Shown here in pieces: positions 32,549 through 47,851 of a DNA stretch of 64,000 nt. The DNA lies in contig CAWBWI010000001.1 in NCBI GenBank assembly GCA_963792585.1, positions 576,001-640,000 of the forward strand, read 5' to 3'. The notes below the pieces were generated by a model, which searched no databases, had not been told where the DNA came from, and worked only from the letters and a program-made list of their open reading frames with translations. The DNA is from Candidatus Eiseniibacteriota bacterium (GTDB lineage Bacteria > Eisenbacteria > RBG-16-71-46 > CAIMUX01 > VGJL01). The number at the start of each line of letters is the position of its first letter. Position 1 is the stretch's first letter. Position numbers and translations under genes: made by a program.

Positions 32549-35500
32549 ATTGACCCTGGGCCTCCTCGTTGCGGTCCTTTGCGGCATCGCCGCAACGCCC
32601 GCGCGCGGCGGGTCCGCCATCCGGCGCAGCGTCAACGCCCGCGTGCGCGTGATATCGCTCCCCTCCGACAGTGCGCGCTTCGACCTTCCGGGCGAGTGGA
32701 TCCGGGTCGGTTCGGTCCGTGCCACCTTGGACGGCGTCCCGTTGCGGGCGGGCGCCGACTACGAACTCGAGATGACGGAGGGGATCTTGCGCTTGCTGCG
32801 CACGCTCCCCGCAGGGCGCCTGACCATTCGTTACGAGGTCCTCCCTCTGGCGATCGGGCGCATCTTCCAGGCGCCGATCCCTCCCGATACCGGATCGGTG
32901 GCGCGCGCTCCGATCCCGCCGCGACCCCCCGGCGAGACGACGGTCGCCTCCCGCGCACACCTGGATATCCGCGGCAGCAAGACGGTGAGTCTCGAGATCG
33001 GAAACACGCAGGATCTGACCGTGCGCCAGAGCCTCGACGTTTCCCTCTCGGGGGAAATCGTCGAGGGGGTCCGGGTGCGGGGCGTTCTGTCCGATCGGCA
33101 GACGCCGTTGCAGGCGGAGGGACGTACGACCGACCTATCCGATCTAGATCGGGTCTTTCTCGAGGTCGAGGGACCGAGAGCCGGAATGACCCTCGGCGAT
33201 TTCGTCCTACGGGGTCCGGCGGGTCTCTTCACGCGCTATGAGCGCCAGCTCGAGGGAATCCGTCTCACGGGCCGCGCGGGCGAGGGGAGCGCCAGCGTGG
33301 CCGCCGCCACGATCCCTGGGGTCTTTCGATCGATCGAGTTTCTCGGGGTGGAGGGAAAGCAAGGGCCCTACAGCCTTCGCCCGCAGGAAGCGACCACGGA
33401 CGCCGCCGTCGTGGCCGGAACGGAACGCGTCTGGCTCGACGGCGAGCTGCTCGTGCGGGGCGAGGACCGCGACTATCTGATCGACTACGCGGCCTCCACC
33501 GTGACCTTCACGGGACGCCGCGTGGTGAACCAGGCATCCCGAATCACGGTCGACTGCCAGATCGGCACCCAGCCGTACCGGCGGAACGCCTACGCGGCGG
33601 AGGCCGGTTGGGGCGCGGCGGCGAAGCTCGACGGGCACGGCCTCGGCCTGCGCGCCAGCCTCCTCGCGGAGCGGGACGACCGAGGGCACCCCATCGGGGG
33701 AGCGCTCACCGAGCGGGAGAAGGAGATCCTGAGCGCGGCCGGAGACAGCCTCTCGGATTCGCTCCATGCCGGGGTCGATTGCGGGGCGATCGGGCACGGC
33801 GACTACGAACAGGTGGAGGCCGACAGCCTCGTGCAGCCGTTCTTTCGCTTCGTGGGCGACAGCTTGGGGACCTGCGCGGTCCGGTTCGACGATGTGGGGG
33901 TCGGGCGGGGCGATTACCTCGACTCCCTGACCGCCGGAGCGAAGACGATCTACCGCTTCGTGGGGCCGCGTCGCGGCCGATTCGCGCCGGGGCGCGCCGT
34001 CCCCCGACCGTCCGAGCGGTCGCTCGTCGACCTTCTCGGATTCTGGGCCGGTCCCGGCGGACTCTCGTTCGAGATGGAGGGGGCGGGTTCCTCCGACGAT
34101 CCCAACACCTACTCCGATCGGGATGACGCGGACAGGACCGGCGGTGCGCTGCGGTTGCGGTTCGCGCGGGAGACGGCGCCCGTTCGCGCGCTCGGCCGGA
34201 GTCTGGGGCGCTGGGGAGTGGAACTCGAGTCGCGGGACGTCGAGCCGCGGTTCCGCGCGATCGGGCGGGTCGACCCGGGATGGCTGGGATATGAATGGGG
34301 GGTCGCGTCCGATCGCTTCGGGAATGGAGACCGCCGCCGCAGCATCCGAGCGCGGCAGGAACCCGGCGCCGGTTTCTCGCTCGAGGAGGCGTATGAGTCG
34401 CTCTCCAACCGGCGCGACCTCGAGGGAGATCGAAAGTCGCTGCGACTGCAGAGGACGGGTCGCGTGTTCGGCAACGCCGAACTCCAGCGGGTCTCGACGA
34501 GGGATCGCGGGAGCGGGGCGACGACGCGCGGGGCGCGGCGGGTCGGCATGGCCGCCGCCGGGGTTCGGTGGATGCGCACGGAGAGCAGCTTCGGATTTCG
34601 CAGAGAGGAGAGCGAAATCGGCACGGGGAGCGCGCGCACGGGAAGTGGCTTCGATGAGTGGAGAGGATCGGGCGCATGGATCCTCGCTCGAGAGCGGGGT
34701 CGATTCGACCTCACGCGCACGGTCCGCCAGGACAAGAGGATCGACGCGTCGTCGCGAGCGAATCGTGGCCGGGCCGGAACCTGGGATGCGCACGCCGTCT
34801 ACCAGCCCGTGGGCCGCCTGCTGGACCTCCGCTACACCCGCCGGGACTTCTCGCAGGGTGGCTCGACGACGCGCTCCGACCTGGCCGGACTGCTCTGGTC
34901 GCAGGAGGAATCGAGCGGGCGTTTCAGCCAGCAATTGCGGGCGGATCTCACCACGCAGGATCAGGCTTCGCGAACGAAGTCGATCGAATACGTCGGGCCC
35001 GGATTGGGGAACTACGACAGTCTCGGCGTCTACGTCGGCTCCGGTGAGTACGACGTGGTGCTGCGCCCCTCGGGAGACCGGCGTCTCGAACGCCGGTTGG
35101 ACGGATCCTGGAGGATCGAGTTCGCTCCCGGGCGCGGAAGGGAATCGACGCCGCAGGGCCTGGCGTCCTCCGCGCTCTGGAGTTCGCAGTGGCTCCTCTA
35201 CGCGACGACGACGGCGCGAACGGCGGGCTCGGCCGGGGAATTCTGGGATGACCTTCCATCGCTTCTCGCCGCCCGCAAGGCCGGGGTTCCACTGGCCTCC
35301 TATCGACTCCGGATGGAGGCGAGCGCCCTTCCGCAGGCGCGCTGGGCGGGTCCGCAGGTTCGGGTCGAGCGCGAGCGGAGTCGTTCCAACGATTTGAGCA
35401 ACGTTCAGTCCGATCGCGAACGCGATCTCGCCCAACTGACGCTTCGATCGACTCCGACGCGGGCCTGGACGCTCGAGCAGGAGGTCCAAGGCGATCGCGA

Positions 35501-35921
35501 TGTCGAGAGAACGCGATTCACATCGGGGAGCGCGGCGGGCGCTTCCGGGTGGAGGTCCGCACGGGTCCGTTTCGGCGGCTGGTTCCGTCCCCGCGAGGGC
35601 TTGACGACCCGCCTGGGCCTGATCGGTCGGCGGCGCACGCGGGTCGAGACCGGGGGCCACTACGAAATCACGCAGATCGTGCCCGGGTTTCAGTGGGTCG
35701 GCCCGAGGCGGACACGTGTGGACCTGCAGGCGACCCGCTCGTGGGTGAGCGGTCCTCGGGGGCAACCGCTCGGCCTCGAACGGGGCGGTTGGGAGGGACG
35801 CGGAAGTCTGGCCCTGAAGCTCCACACCTACCTCGATGCCACGGCGATATGGGAGATCAAGGCTCCCGATACGGGGGCGCGGCAAACGACCGCACGCGCC
35901 GAGGTGAGGTCCGTCTTCTGA
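32535..35921 (+). CDS. Large (~1128 aa) outer membrane protein with SprA/Sov-like motifs
   Basis: Signal peptide; two G[ST]xRxxxDGxxLxxGxDYxx[DE] motifs; IRGSKT..QSLDVSLSGEI..LSD; alternating beta strands; C-terminal Phe. Confidence 0.6.
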   Translation: MANARLTLGLLVAVLCGIAATPARGGSAIRRSVNARVRVISLPSDSARFDLPGEWIRVGSVRATLDGVPLRAGADYELEMTEGILRLLRTLPAGRLTIRYEVLPLAIGRIFQAPIPPDTGSVARAPIPPRPPGETTVASRAHLDIRGSKTVSLEIGNTQDLTVRQSLDVSLSGEIVEGVRVRGVLSDRQTPLQAEGRTTDLSDLDRVFLEVEGPRAGMTLGDFVLRGPAGLFTRYERQLEGIRLTGRAGEGSASVAAATIPGVFRSIEFLGVEGKQGPYSLRPQEATTDAAVVAGTERVWLDGELLVRGEDRDYLIDYAASTVTFTGRRVVNQASRITVDCQIGTQPYRRNAYAAEAGWGAAAKLDGHGLGLRASLLAERDDRGHPIGGALTEREKEILSAAGDSLSDSLHAGVDCGAIGHGDYEQVEADSLVQPFFRFVGDSLGTCAVRFDDVGVGRGDYLDSLTAGAKTIYRFVGPRRGRFAPGRAVPRPSERSLVDLLGFWAGPGGLSFEMEGAGSSDDPNTYSDRDDADRTGGALRLRFARETAPVRALGRSLGRWGVELESRDVEPRFRAIGRVDPGWLGYEWGVASDRFGNGDRRRSIRARQEPGAGFSLEEAYESLSNRRDLEGDRKSLRLQRTGRVFGNAELQRVSTRDRGSGATTRGARRVGMAAAGVRWMRTESSFGFRREESEIGTGSARTGSGFDEWRGSGAWILARERGRFDLTRTVRQDKRIDASSRANRGRAGTWDAHAVYQPVGRLLDLRYTRRDFSQGGSTTRSDLAGLLWSQEESSGRFSQQLRADLTTQDQASRTKSIEYVGPGLGNYDSLGVYVGSGEYDVVLRPSGDRRLERRLDGSWRIEFAPGRGRESTPQGLASSALWSSQWLLYATTTARTAGSAGEFWDDLPSLLAARKAGVPLASYRLRMEASALPQARWAGPQVRVERERSRSNDLSNVQSDRERDLAQLTLRSTPTRAWTLEQEVQGDRDVERTRFTSGSAAGASGWRSARVRFGGWFRPREGLTTRLGLIGRRRTRVETGGHYEITQIVPGFQWVGPRRTRVDLQATRSWVSGPRGQPLGLERGGWEGRGSLALKLHTYLDATAIWEIKAPDTGARQTTARAEVRSVF

Positions 35922-37569
35922 TGCGGATCCATGGACGTATCCTACGAGTGGGTCTGGTGGCGGGAGCTCTCCTCGCGGGTGTGGCCGCGCGGGCTGCGGT
36001 CCCGATCGTGGTCCAGGGCGGCGCCGACGCGCCCCGGAAGATCGCGGAGCGGGCCGCGCGAGCGTACGGACGGGAGACGTCGCCGGAGGCGCTCGAGGAT
36101 CTGCTCGCCTCCGTCGGCGCCGCCCTCGCGAGGGCGGGATGGGGGGGCGGGACGCTCGAGGCGAGGGTCGACACCTTGCCGGAGGGGCCGCAGATCCGGT
36201 TGCGACTCGAAGGAGTCGAGCCCACGCGACTATCCGGGTGGCGCTGGGACCCGGCCGGTCGTTTCGCCGTGCCGGCGCCGGGCGCCTGGGATCCGACCCG
36301 CGAGGAGGAACGGATCGAGAGCCTCCTTGGCGACGTGCAGGAGTTGGGTCGGCCCTTCGCGTCGATCCAGATCACGGATGTCGCCGATTCGGCGCGCGGC
36401 TTGATGGTAACGGCGCGTTTGCTCGAGGGGCCGGAAGTCGTGCTCGCATCGGCCGAATACGAGGGACGCGGCGCGACCCGCGCGACCTACCTCGACCGCA
36501 TCACGGGTTTGCGACGCGGGGAGACGGTCCGGCCCGGCGAGGCGCGGGCGGCGCGCGAGCGAATCGAGCGGACCGGGCTCTTCACCGGGGTCGAAGGGCC
36601 CTGGCTCCGCGTGCTGCAGGAAGACCAGGCGAGTCTGGTCTATCGCATGACCGCCCTCGCGCAGAACCGCGCCGAAGGCGCCGTCGGATACGATGGATCC
36701 CAGAGAAACCTTTCGGGGTTCCTTCACGTCGATCTCGGGAACCTGTTCGGCACAGGGCGGCAGTTCGCCGCCTCCTGGGATCGCTACCGTCGCAACCGTT
36801 CCTCGTTGAGCCTCGGCTATCGCGAGCCGTTTCTTGGCCCTTTGCCGATCGCGGGCGAATTCGCCCTCTCGCAGCGGCTGGAGGACACGACATGGACCGC
36901 CGACCAGGCGAGGCTCGGCATCGATGGAGACTTGACCGGCGGGCTTCGCGTGCGTCTCGCGGTCGCCGGAAACCGAACCATCCAGAGAGGGCCCGTGACG
37001 GTGCGCACGCGACGTATCGATACCATTCTCGGACTCGCGATCGATCGACGCTCGGATGCGGGGACCGCCGGGTCATTGCTCGATCTCGAGGTCGCGCGGG
37101 GGACGGTCCGACGGTCCCCACGGTTGGGGTCGGGGGAGGGGACCCTGGTCCGCCTCTCAGGGCGTGGAGAGCGGAGCTTCTCGGGGCGACGCAAGGGGCA
37201 GCTCCGATTCGGGATCATCGGCGGCATGGTGGACGGGCCCGACTCGCTGCCGAGGCCGGACGCCCTGCCGGTCGGAGGGGGACAAACCTGCGCGGCTACC
37301 CGGAGGAGTTCTTTCTGGCGGAGCGTTACGCCACCGTGACCGTCGAGGCGGGGGTTCGAGTACTCCCGGAGGGAAACCGGGTCTACGTCTTCGCCGACGC
37401 GGCCCTGATCCGGCCGTGGAACGGAGGACCGGCGAAGAGGCTGAGCAGCTACGGATTCGGGGTGCGGGTCCGAAGTTCGGGCGGCTGGGTTCGGCTCGAC
37501 TACGGAGTTCCGGCGGGCGAGGGACCGCTGTCCGGGAGGATCCACTTCCGCCTCGAGACCCGCTTCTAG
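35921..37569 (+). CDS. Omp85 (BamA/TamA-like) protein with POTRA domain (frameshift near 37280)
   Basis: TGATG coupling; POTRA-like IERTGLFTGV; NLFGTGRQ; YREPFL; LRGYPE; SYGFGVR..RLDYG; C-terminal TRF. Confidence 0.8.
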
Positions 37570-37609
37570 TACCATGGGCAGGGTCAAATCCCAGGGAAAT
37601 GCATAGGAG

Positions 37610-41455
<3,846 letters not shown>

Positions 41456-42202
41456 ATGGTTTCGACCGATCCGGCTGCAGGACGCCTCCTCGTCCTGATC
41501 CCGGCATACAACGAGGAGGAGAACCTGGCCCGGGTGATCGCCGGCGTCCGGATGGCGGTTCCGCATGCGGATGTCCTCGTCGTGGACGATTGCAGCCGGG
41601 ACGAGACCGGCCGCGTGGCCCGAGAGGCGGGAGCGGCGGTCGTGCGGCACCCGATCAATCTCGGCTACGGGGCGGGGCTCCTGACGGGTTACCGGTACGC
41701 CGACCGAAAGGGATACGCACGCGTAGCCCAAATCGATGGGGACGGCCAGCATGATCCGGCATGGATCGTGCAGTTGCTGGGCCGGCTCGATGAGGGGAAC
41801 GATCTGGTCCTCGGCTCGCGGTTCGGCAGCGGGGTCCGGCGATACAAACCGCCCATCCTGCGGCGGATCGGCATGCGTTTCTTCGCCGGCGTGGCGAGTT
41901 CAGCGCTCGGCCAGACGATCACCGACCCGACCAGCGGCTATCAGGCGCTGAGCGGGAGGTTGGTCCGGTTTCATGCACGAGGCAATCACTTCCCGCAGGA
42001 CTATCCGGACGCGGACATCCTGATCCTCGTCGGCCGGGCCGGGTTTCGGGTCGCCGAGGTGCCGGTGACGATGTACGAGAAGCCGGGCGGCGCATCGATG
42101 CACAGCGGACTGCGACCGCTCTACTACGTGGTCAAGATGATCCTGTCGATCCTGCTCGTGGTGACGAGCAGACCGGGGCGCCCCGGGAAGGAAGCCCGAT
42201 GA
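41456..42202 (+). CDS. GT2 glycosyltransferase (DPM1-like)
   Basis: IPAYNEE; VVDDCSRD; NLGYG; DGDGQH; GSRF; TDPTSG. Confidence 0.92.
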   Translation: MVSTDPAAGRLLVLIPAYNEEENLARVIAGVRMAVPHADVLVVDDCSRDETGRVAREAGAAVVRHPINLGYGAGLLTGYRYADRKGYARVAQIDGDGQHDPAWIVQLLGRLDEGNDLVLGSRFGSGVRRYKPPILRRIGMRFFAGVASSALGQTITDPTSGYQALSGRLVRFHARGNHFPQDYPDADILILVGRAGFRVAEVPVTMYEKPGGASMHSGLRPLYYVVKMILSILLVVTSRPGRPGKEAR

Positions 42203-42573
42203 CTCTGACCGCGCGGATCCTGGTGGTGGTTCTGAGCATGTTCCTGTTCATCGCCGTCCTGCGTATGGCGCGACGCCGCGTTCTCGGGATCGAGTACTCG
42301 ATCCTCTGGCTGGTTCTGACGGGACTCGGCGCGGTCGCGGGAATCGTAGGATCGCGGGCCGATGTCCTGAGCCGCGCGGTCGGGATCCAGTACCCTCCCG
42401 CCTTCTTCTTCCTGCTGTGCATCGTCGTGCTGCTGTCGATCGTGCTTCATCTGACGATGCGTCTCTCCCGACTCGCAGACGCACAACGCGCACTCGCACA
42501 GGAGATCGCGCTCCTGAGCGCGGGCGTTCCGCCGCCCCGTCCCGACGCACCCGCAACGTCGGAGCGTCGGTGA
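42199..42573 (+). CDS. DUF2304-like small membrane protein
   Basis: YSILW; GIQYPP; LAQEIAL; ATGA-coupled to GT2, the usual context for this family. Confidence 0.8.
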   Translation: MTLTARILVVVLSMFLFIAVLRMARRRVLGIEYSILWLVLTGLGAVAGIVGSRADVLSRAVGIQYPPAFFFLLCIVVLLSIVLHLTMRLSRLADAQRALAQEIALLSAGVPPPRPDAPATSERR

Positions 42574-44636
42574 GTCTGCGCAAGAGCGTCGAGTCCGTCT
42601 TCGCTCCCAAGGGAAGCCTTTCCCGCGTCCTCGATCCTTTCGAGTGGCGCCCGCAGCAGGCCGAGATGGCGCAGGCGGTTGCCGACGCGCTCGATCGCAC
42701 CGACATGCTGCTCTGCGAGGCGCCGACCGGGGTCGGCAAGTCGCTTGCGTATTTGGTCCCCGGAGCGATCTGGGCGCGGTCCGAGGGAAAGGTCCTGATG
42801 GTCTCCTCGCACACGCGCAACCTCCAGGATCAAATCCTCCGTCGCGATCTGCCGCTGCTGCGGAGGCTCACCGATCGGAAGATCGAGGTCGCGGTCCTGA
42901 AGGGTCGAGGCAACTACCTCTGCCGCCGTCGTTGGGAGATCGCGCGAGATGACCTGACCGGGACGACGGACGGCGAGGCTTTCGTGCGCGCGCTCGAGGC
43001 CTGGGTGCAATTGACTGAATCGGGAGACTTCGATGAGGCGCCGCCCATGCCGCCGCGCCTGCGCGGGCTCCTCGCGCGCGTCAGCTCCGAGGCCCGCTTC
43101 TGCTCATCGGGGGAGTGCGTTGCCGATGGTGGGTGCTTCTTCAAGCTCTCCCGCCGGCGCGCGCGCGAGGCGCACGTCGTTCTCGTCAACCACGCGCTCC
43201 TGGTGATCGAACTCCTGCACCAGGCTGCGGGACTCCCCGATGCCGACGCACTGGTGATCGATGAGGCCCACCACCTGCCGCGGATCGCGGGCGATGCGCT
43301 CGCCAAACGGGTCTCGGCCCGCGGATTCCGGCGCGACCTGCTCGCCCTCGGCGGACAGGGGGAGCCGGGCGCGACCGATCGGATTCGTCGGCTCGTGCGC
43401 GCTTGGCCTTCTGCGGCGGAGCGGCAGCGGCTCCTGCGGCGCCTCCGGGAGATGGAAGGGGAACTCGGCGAACTGATCGCGGCGACCGATGCCTTCTTCG
43501 CCGATGTCCGGCGGGAACCGGGCTACCCGCAGCCCGGGGGACGCGTGCGCTACCGGCTGGGCGCCGGATCGGGCGGTCCGTTCCCGCCATCGACCTATCC
43601 GCTCATCGAGAACGCGGCGCGGCTCCTGGAACGCCACGGGGCGTTGATCGACGAGATCACCCCGCAGGTCGATGAGGAGGTGCGCGAGCGAATCCTCCCC
43701 GAGGCGGAGGCGGACCTCGAGGGCGCCCGGGCCGCGATCGCCAACCTGAGCGCGCTGGTGGAAGCCGATGAGGCCGGGACGGTCTACTGGATCGAGGACG
43801 ATCCGAATGACGGACCATGCTTCCACGGGCGACCGCTCGACCTGGCGGGGCCGCTCGGATCGCGTCTCGCTTCCGGACGTCCTCTCATCATGACCTCGGC
43901 GACACTGGCCGCCGATGGCACGACGGAGTTCTTCGCCCGGCAGTGTGGGCTGCCGGCCGACGCGCGCAGTCTGATTCTTCCCCCCGTGTTCGATCTCCAG
44001 CGGCAGGTGCGCGTGCTCGTCCCGCAGTCGATCCACGATCCGACCGAGGCGGGGCACACCGGCGATCTGGCGGACGGCATCCTGAAGCTCGCTGCCGGAT
44101 TGCCGCGGAAGATCCTCGTCCTCTTCACTTCCCACGAGAGCCTGCGGCGCGTGGCGGAACGAATCCGAGAACCCCTGGAGGATCGAGGGATCCACCTCTA
44201 CGCGCAGGGTCAGCAGACGCGGCAAGCGCTGACCGAGGCCTTCCTGGCCAGCCCGCGCGCGGTCCTCCTCGGCGCCGCGAGCTTCTGGGAGGGAGTCGAT
44301 TTCCCGGGGGAGGAACTCGAGGTCCTCGTGATGGTGCGCCTGCCGTTCCCGGTCCCGACCGACCCGTTTGTCGAGGCCTACGCGGAGCGGCTCCGGGAGG
44401 AGGGGTTCGACCCCTTCGAGACCTACATGCTTCCCGAGGCGATCGTCCGATTCCGGCAGGGATTCGGCCGGCTGATCCGCCGCCGGGACGACCGGGGCAT
44501 TTTCGCCGTGCTCGACCCCCGCATCCTCCGCCGCAACTATGGCGCGCGTTTTCGAGACGCCCTCGCGAGCTCGACGCAGGCGGTCGCGTCGTGGGACGAG
44601 CTGATCCGCGAGGCGGAGAGCCACTTCCGCATGTAG
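42570..44636 (+). CDS. DinG/YoaA-family Fe-S DNA helicase
   Basis: EAPTGVGKSLAYL; KGRGNYLC plus three further Cys; DEAH; TSATL; FWEGVD; QGFGRLIR. Confidence 0.92.
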   Translation: MSLRKSVESVFAPKGSLSRVLDPFEWRPQQAEMAQAVADALDRTDMLLCEAPTGVGKSLAYLVPGAIWARSEGKVLMVSSHTRNLQDQILRRDLPLLRRLTDRKIEVAVLKGRGNYLCRRRWEIARDDLTGTTDGEAFVRALEAWVQLTESGDFDEAPPMPPRLRGLLARVSSEARFCSSGECVADGGCFFKLSRRRAREAHVVLVNHALLVIELLHQAAGLPDADALVIDEAHHLPRIAGDALAKRVSARGFRRDLLALGGQGEPGATDRIRRLVRAWPSAAERQRLLRRLREMEGELGELIAATDAFFADVRREPGYPQPGGRVRYRLGAGSGGPFPPSTYPLIENAARLLERHGALIDEITPQVDEEVRERILPEAEADLEGARAAIANLSALVEADEAGTVYWIEDDPNDGPCFHGRPLDLAGPLGSRLASGRPLIMTSATLAADGTTEFFARQCGLPADARSLILPPVFDLQRQVRVLVPQSIHDPTEAGHTGDLADGILKLAAGLPRKILVLFTSHESLRRVAERIREPLEDRGIHLYAQGQQTRQALTEAFLASPRAVLLGAASFWEGVDFPGEELEVLVMVRLPFPVPTDPFVEAYAERLREEGFDPFETYMLPEAIVRFRQGFGRLIRRRDDRGIFAVLDPRILRRNYGARFRDALASSTQAVASWDELIREAESHFRM

Positions 44637-44751
44637 CCACCGGCGGGCGCCGGCGTGGGATCGCCCCGGGCCGGACTCCCGACTTCCTCCGGTCCCCGCA
44701 TCGGGATAGGATCATTCCGTCCGCCGGTGATGGGATCGAAGAAGGAGGTGC

Positions 44752-46446
44752 ATGATGGGCATCGGGACGGAGAAGGACGCGAAGGCGGCGGCGCAGCCGC
44801 GGGTGGTGCGCGCCCCGCGCGGGGCGCAGATCACATGCAAGGGTTGGATCCAGGAAGCCGCGATGCGGATGCTCATGAACAACCTGGATCCCGAGAACGC
44901 CGAGCGGCCGCAGGACCTGGTCGTCTACGGCGGATCGGGCAAGGCCGCGCGCAACTGGGCATGCTTCGACGCCATCGTCGCCTCGCTCCGCGATCTCGGC
45001 GACGAGGAGACCCTTCTCGTGCAGTCCGGCAAACCCGTCGGGGTCTTCCGGACCCATCGCATGGCGCCCCGCGTCCTGATCGCCAATTCGAACCTCGTCC
45101 CTGCATGGGCTACCCCCGCCTACTTCCGCGACCTCGAAGCGATGGGGCTCATCATGTACGGCCAGATGACGGCCGGGTCCTGGATCTACATCGGCACGCA
45201 GGGGATTCTCCAGGGCACTTACGAGACGTTTGCCGAGATCGCGCGGCGGAGCTTCGGCGGCAGCCTCGCCGGACGCTTCGTCCTCACGGCCGGCCTTGGG
45301 GGTATGGGTGGAGCGCAGCCGCTCTCCGTGACGATGAACGAGGGGATTGCGCTCGTCGTCGAGGTCGATCCGTCGCGCATCGAACGCAGGATCGAAACCC
45401 GCTATGTCGATCGCCGGACCGAGGATCTGGACGAGGCCCTGCGCTGGGTCGATGAGGCGGCGCGCGCGAAGAAGCCTCTTTCGATCGGGTTGCTCGGGAA
45501 CGCGTCGGAGGTGCTGCCCGAGCTGGTTCGACGCGGCGTGAAGCCGGACATCGTGACCGACCAGACGTCCGCCCACGACGAACTGAACGGATACATTCCG
45601 GGGGGAATGTCGTTCGAGGCGGCGCTCGCGCTGCGCAAGAGCGATCCGGTGGCCTACATCGAGAAGTCCTATGCCTCGATGGCGCGTCACACGGAGGCGA
45701 TGGTCGCCTTCCTCGACGCGGGCTCGATCGTCTTCGACTATGGTAACAACCTCCGCGGCCAGGCGAAGAAAGGCGGCTGCACCCGCGCCTTCGACTACCC
45801 CGGATTCGTGCCCGCTTACATCCGTCCCCTCTTCTGCGAGGGAAAGGGACCCTTCCGCTGGGTGGCCCTCTCCGGCGATCCGGAGGACATCCTGCGCACC
45901 GACCGGGCCATCATGGAGACCTTCCCGGATGATCCTTCGCTCGAACGGTGGATCCGTATGGCCGAGGAGCGGGTCGCCTTCCAGGGGCTCCCGGCACGGA
46001 TCTGCTGGCTTGGGTACGGCGAGAGGGCGAAGGCAGGACTCGCCTTCAACGACCTCGTCGCGCGCGGCGAGGTAAAGGCGCCGATCGTGATCGGGCGCGA
46101 CCACCTCGATTCGGGCAGCGTGGCGTCCCCCTATCGCGAGACCGAGGCAATGCGCGACGGAAGCGATGCGATCGCCGACTGGCCGCTCCTGAACGCGATG
46201 CTCAACACGGCGTGCGGAGCGTCGTGGGTATCGATCCATCACGGGGGCGGGGTTGGGATCGGCAACTCGATCCATGCAGGAATGGTCATCGTGGCCGATG
46301 GAACGAAGGAGGCGGCGGAACGGCTCGAGCGGGTGCTGACCGCCGACCCCGGAACGGGGGTGATGCGGCACGTCGACGCCGGTTACGACGAGGCGATCGC
46401 GGTCGCGAGGCGCACCGGCGTGAAGATCCCGATGCTGGGGGCTTGA
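44752..46446 (+). CDS. hutU: Urocanate hydratase
   Basis: [56 protein letters not shown]. Confidence 0.98.
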   Translation: MMGIGTEKDAKAAAQPRVVRAPRGAQITCKGWIQEAAMRMLMNNLDPENAERPQDLVVYGGSGKAARNWACFDAIVASLRDLGDEETLLVQSGKPVGVFRTHRMAPRVLIANSNLVPAWATPAYFRDLEAMGLIMYGQMTAGSWIYIGTQGILQGTYETFAEIARRSFGGSLAGRFVLTAGLGGMGGAQPLSVTMNEGIALVVEVDPSRIERRIETRYVDRRTEDLDEALRWVDEAARAKKPLSIGLLGNASEVLPELVRRGVKPDIVTDQTSAHDELNGYIPGGMSFEAALALRKSDPVAYIEKSYASMARHTEAMVAFLDAGSIVFDYGNNLRGQAKKGGCTRAFDYPGFVPAYIRPLFCEGKGPFRWVALSGDPEDILRTDRAIMETFPDDPSLERWIRMAEERVAFQGLPARICWLGYGERAKAGLAFNDLVARGEVKAPIVIGRDHLDSGSVASPYRETEAMRDGSDAIADWPLLNAMLNTACGASWVSIHHGGGVGIGNSIHAGMVIVADGTKEAAERLERVLTADPGTGVMRHVDAGYDEAIAVARRTGVKIPMLGA

Positions 46447-47724
46447 TGGCCGAGCGCGCCGACATTCTGCTGACGAACATCACCACCCTTCTCACCCTCG
46501 ACGAGGGGCCGGTCCCGCGACGCGGCGCGGCCGCGGCGAAGCTCGGCAAGCTCGTGGACGGGGCCGTTGCGATCCGCGACGGCACGATCGTCGCGGTCGG
46601 CGCCTCGGAGGAGGTCGAGGCGCGGTTCGAGGCTCCGGAGGGGGAGCGATGGGATCTGAGCGGATGCACCGTCTTACCCGGGATTCGTGGACGCGCACAC
46701 CCACGTGCTCTTCGCCGGGAGCCGCGAGGCGGAATTCGAGATGCGTCTGGATGGGCGCAGTTACATGGAGATCGCAGCGGCCGGGGGCGGAATCAACGCG
46801 AGCGTCCGGGCATTCCGCGAGGCGGATGACGAGCAGTTGATCGACGAGACGCGGCGGCGCCTCGATCGGATGCTCGCCCACGGAACGACCACGGTCGAGG
46901 CGAAGAGCGGCTACGGTCTCGACACCGCACAGGAACTCCGGGCACTCCGGCTGATCGACCTTCTCGATACCGCCCATCCGATCGATCTCTACGGGACCCT
47001 TCTCGGGGCTCACGACTTTCCGCCCGAATACCGAGAGCGCCGGGCGGAGTACGTTCGACTCATCGTGGAGGAGATGATTCCCCGCGCGGCGGGCGAGACG
47101 AGAGCCCGGTTCTGCGATGTCTTTTGCGAGAAAGGGGTCTTCACCGTCGAAGAGGCGCGTGCGATTCTCGTCGCGGCGCGCGCACACGGCCTGGCCCCGC
47201 GGCTGCACGCCGATGAATTCGCCCCCAGCGGGGCGAGTGAGCTTGCCGCGGAACTCGGGGCGCTCTCCGCCGACCATCTGATGGCCGCGACCGATGAGGG
47301 TCTGCGGGCCCTCGCGGCGGGGCGGACGGTGGCCGTGTTGCTGCCCGGGACCTCGTTCTCGATCGGCAAGCGCGGATACGCGCCGGCGCGGAAGATGATC
47401 GAGTTGGGGCTTCCGGTCGCCCTGGCGACCGACTGCAATCCCGGCAGTTCCATGACGACGAATATGCGTTTCATGATCGCGCTCGCCGTCCTGGAGATGA
47501 AGCTGACGGTCGCCGAGGCGATCAACGCGGTCACCGTCAACCCCGCCCATTCCCTGGGCCTCGCCGACTCGATCGGGCGTCTTGCGGCGGGCTTTCGGGC
47601 CGATCTGCAGGTTCTGCGGGGGACGACCCCCGCCGGAATCCCCTACGAACTCGGGGGCGGCTATCCCATGCGCGTCATGAAGCTTGGCCGCTGGGTCGCC
47701 GCCGAGGGAGCGACTCTCTCCTAA
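46446..47724 (+). CDS. hutI: Imidazolonepropionase (frameshift near 46670)
   Basis: DAHTH; GTTTVEAKSGYGL; DVFCE; HADE; SADHL; ATDCNPGSS. Confidence 0.95.
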
Positions 47725-47851
47725 GCCTATTCTCCCCTGTAATATCGGCCTTCGGAAAAGCTGCAGAAGGGTCCCGCCAGGGACGATAGAGAGACGGGGT
47801 GGCACCGGGTCGCGGAGCGGCCCGGCCCATAGTCCCCGAGGGGAGCACCCG

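Noticed and set aside
33207..35885. Long antisense ORFs (for example 33207..35885, 44125..46371, 37664..39259, 8010..9623)
   Set aside because: Shadow ORFs typical of high-GC coding DNA; Arg/Pro-rich with no motifs.
31374..35921. 1515-aa NHL-barrel fusion ORF
   Set aside because: A frameshift near 32295 joins two genes. The second has its own signal peptide at 32535, and the first ends at 32548 in another frame.
44752..47724. Incomplete hut pathway (no hutH/hutG) as a novelty
   Set aside because: Split hut loci are common, and the other genes may lie outside the window.
47800..47816. Sigma54 site TGGCACC upstream of the TPR gene
   Set aside because: GG-to-GC spacing is off by one.
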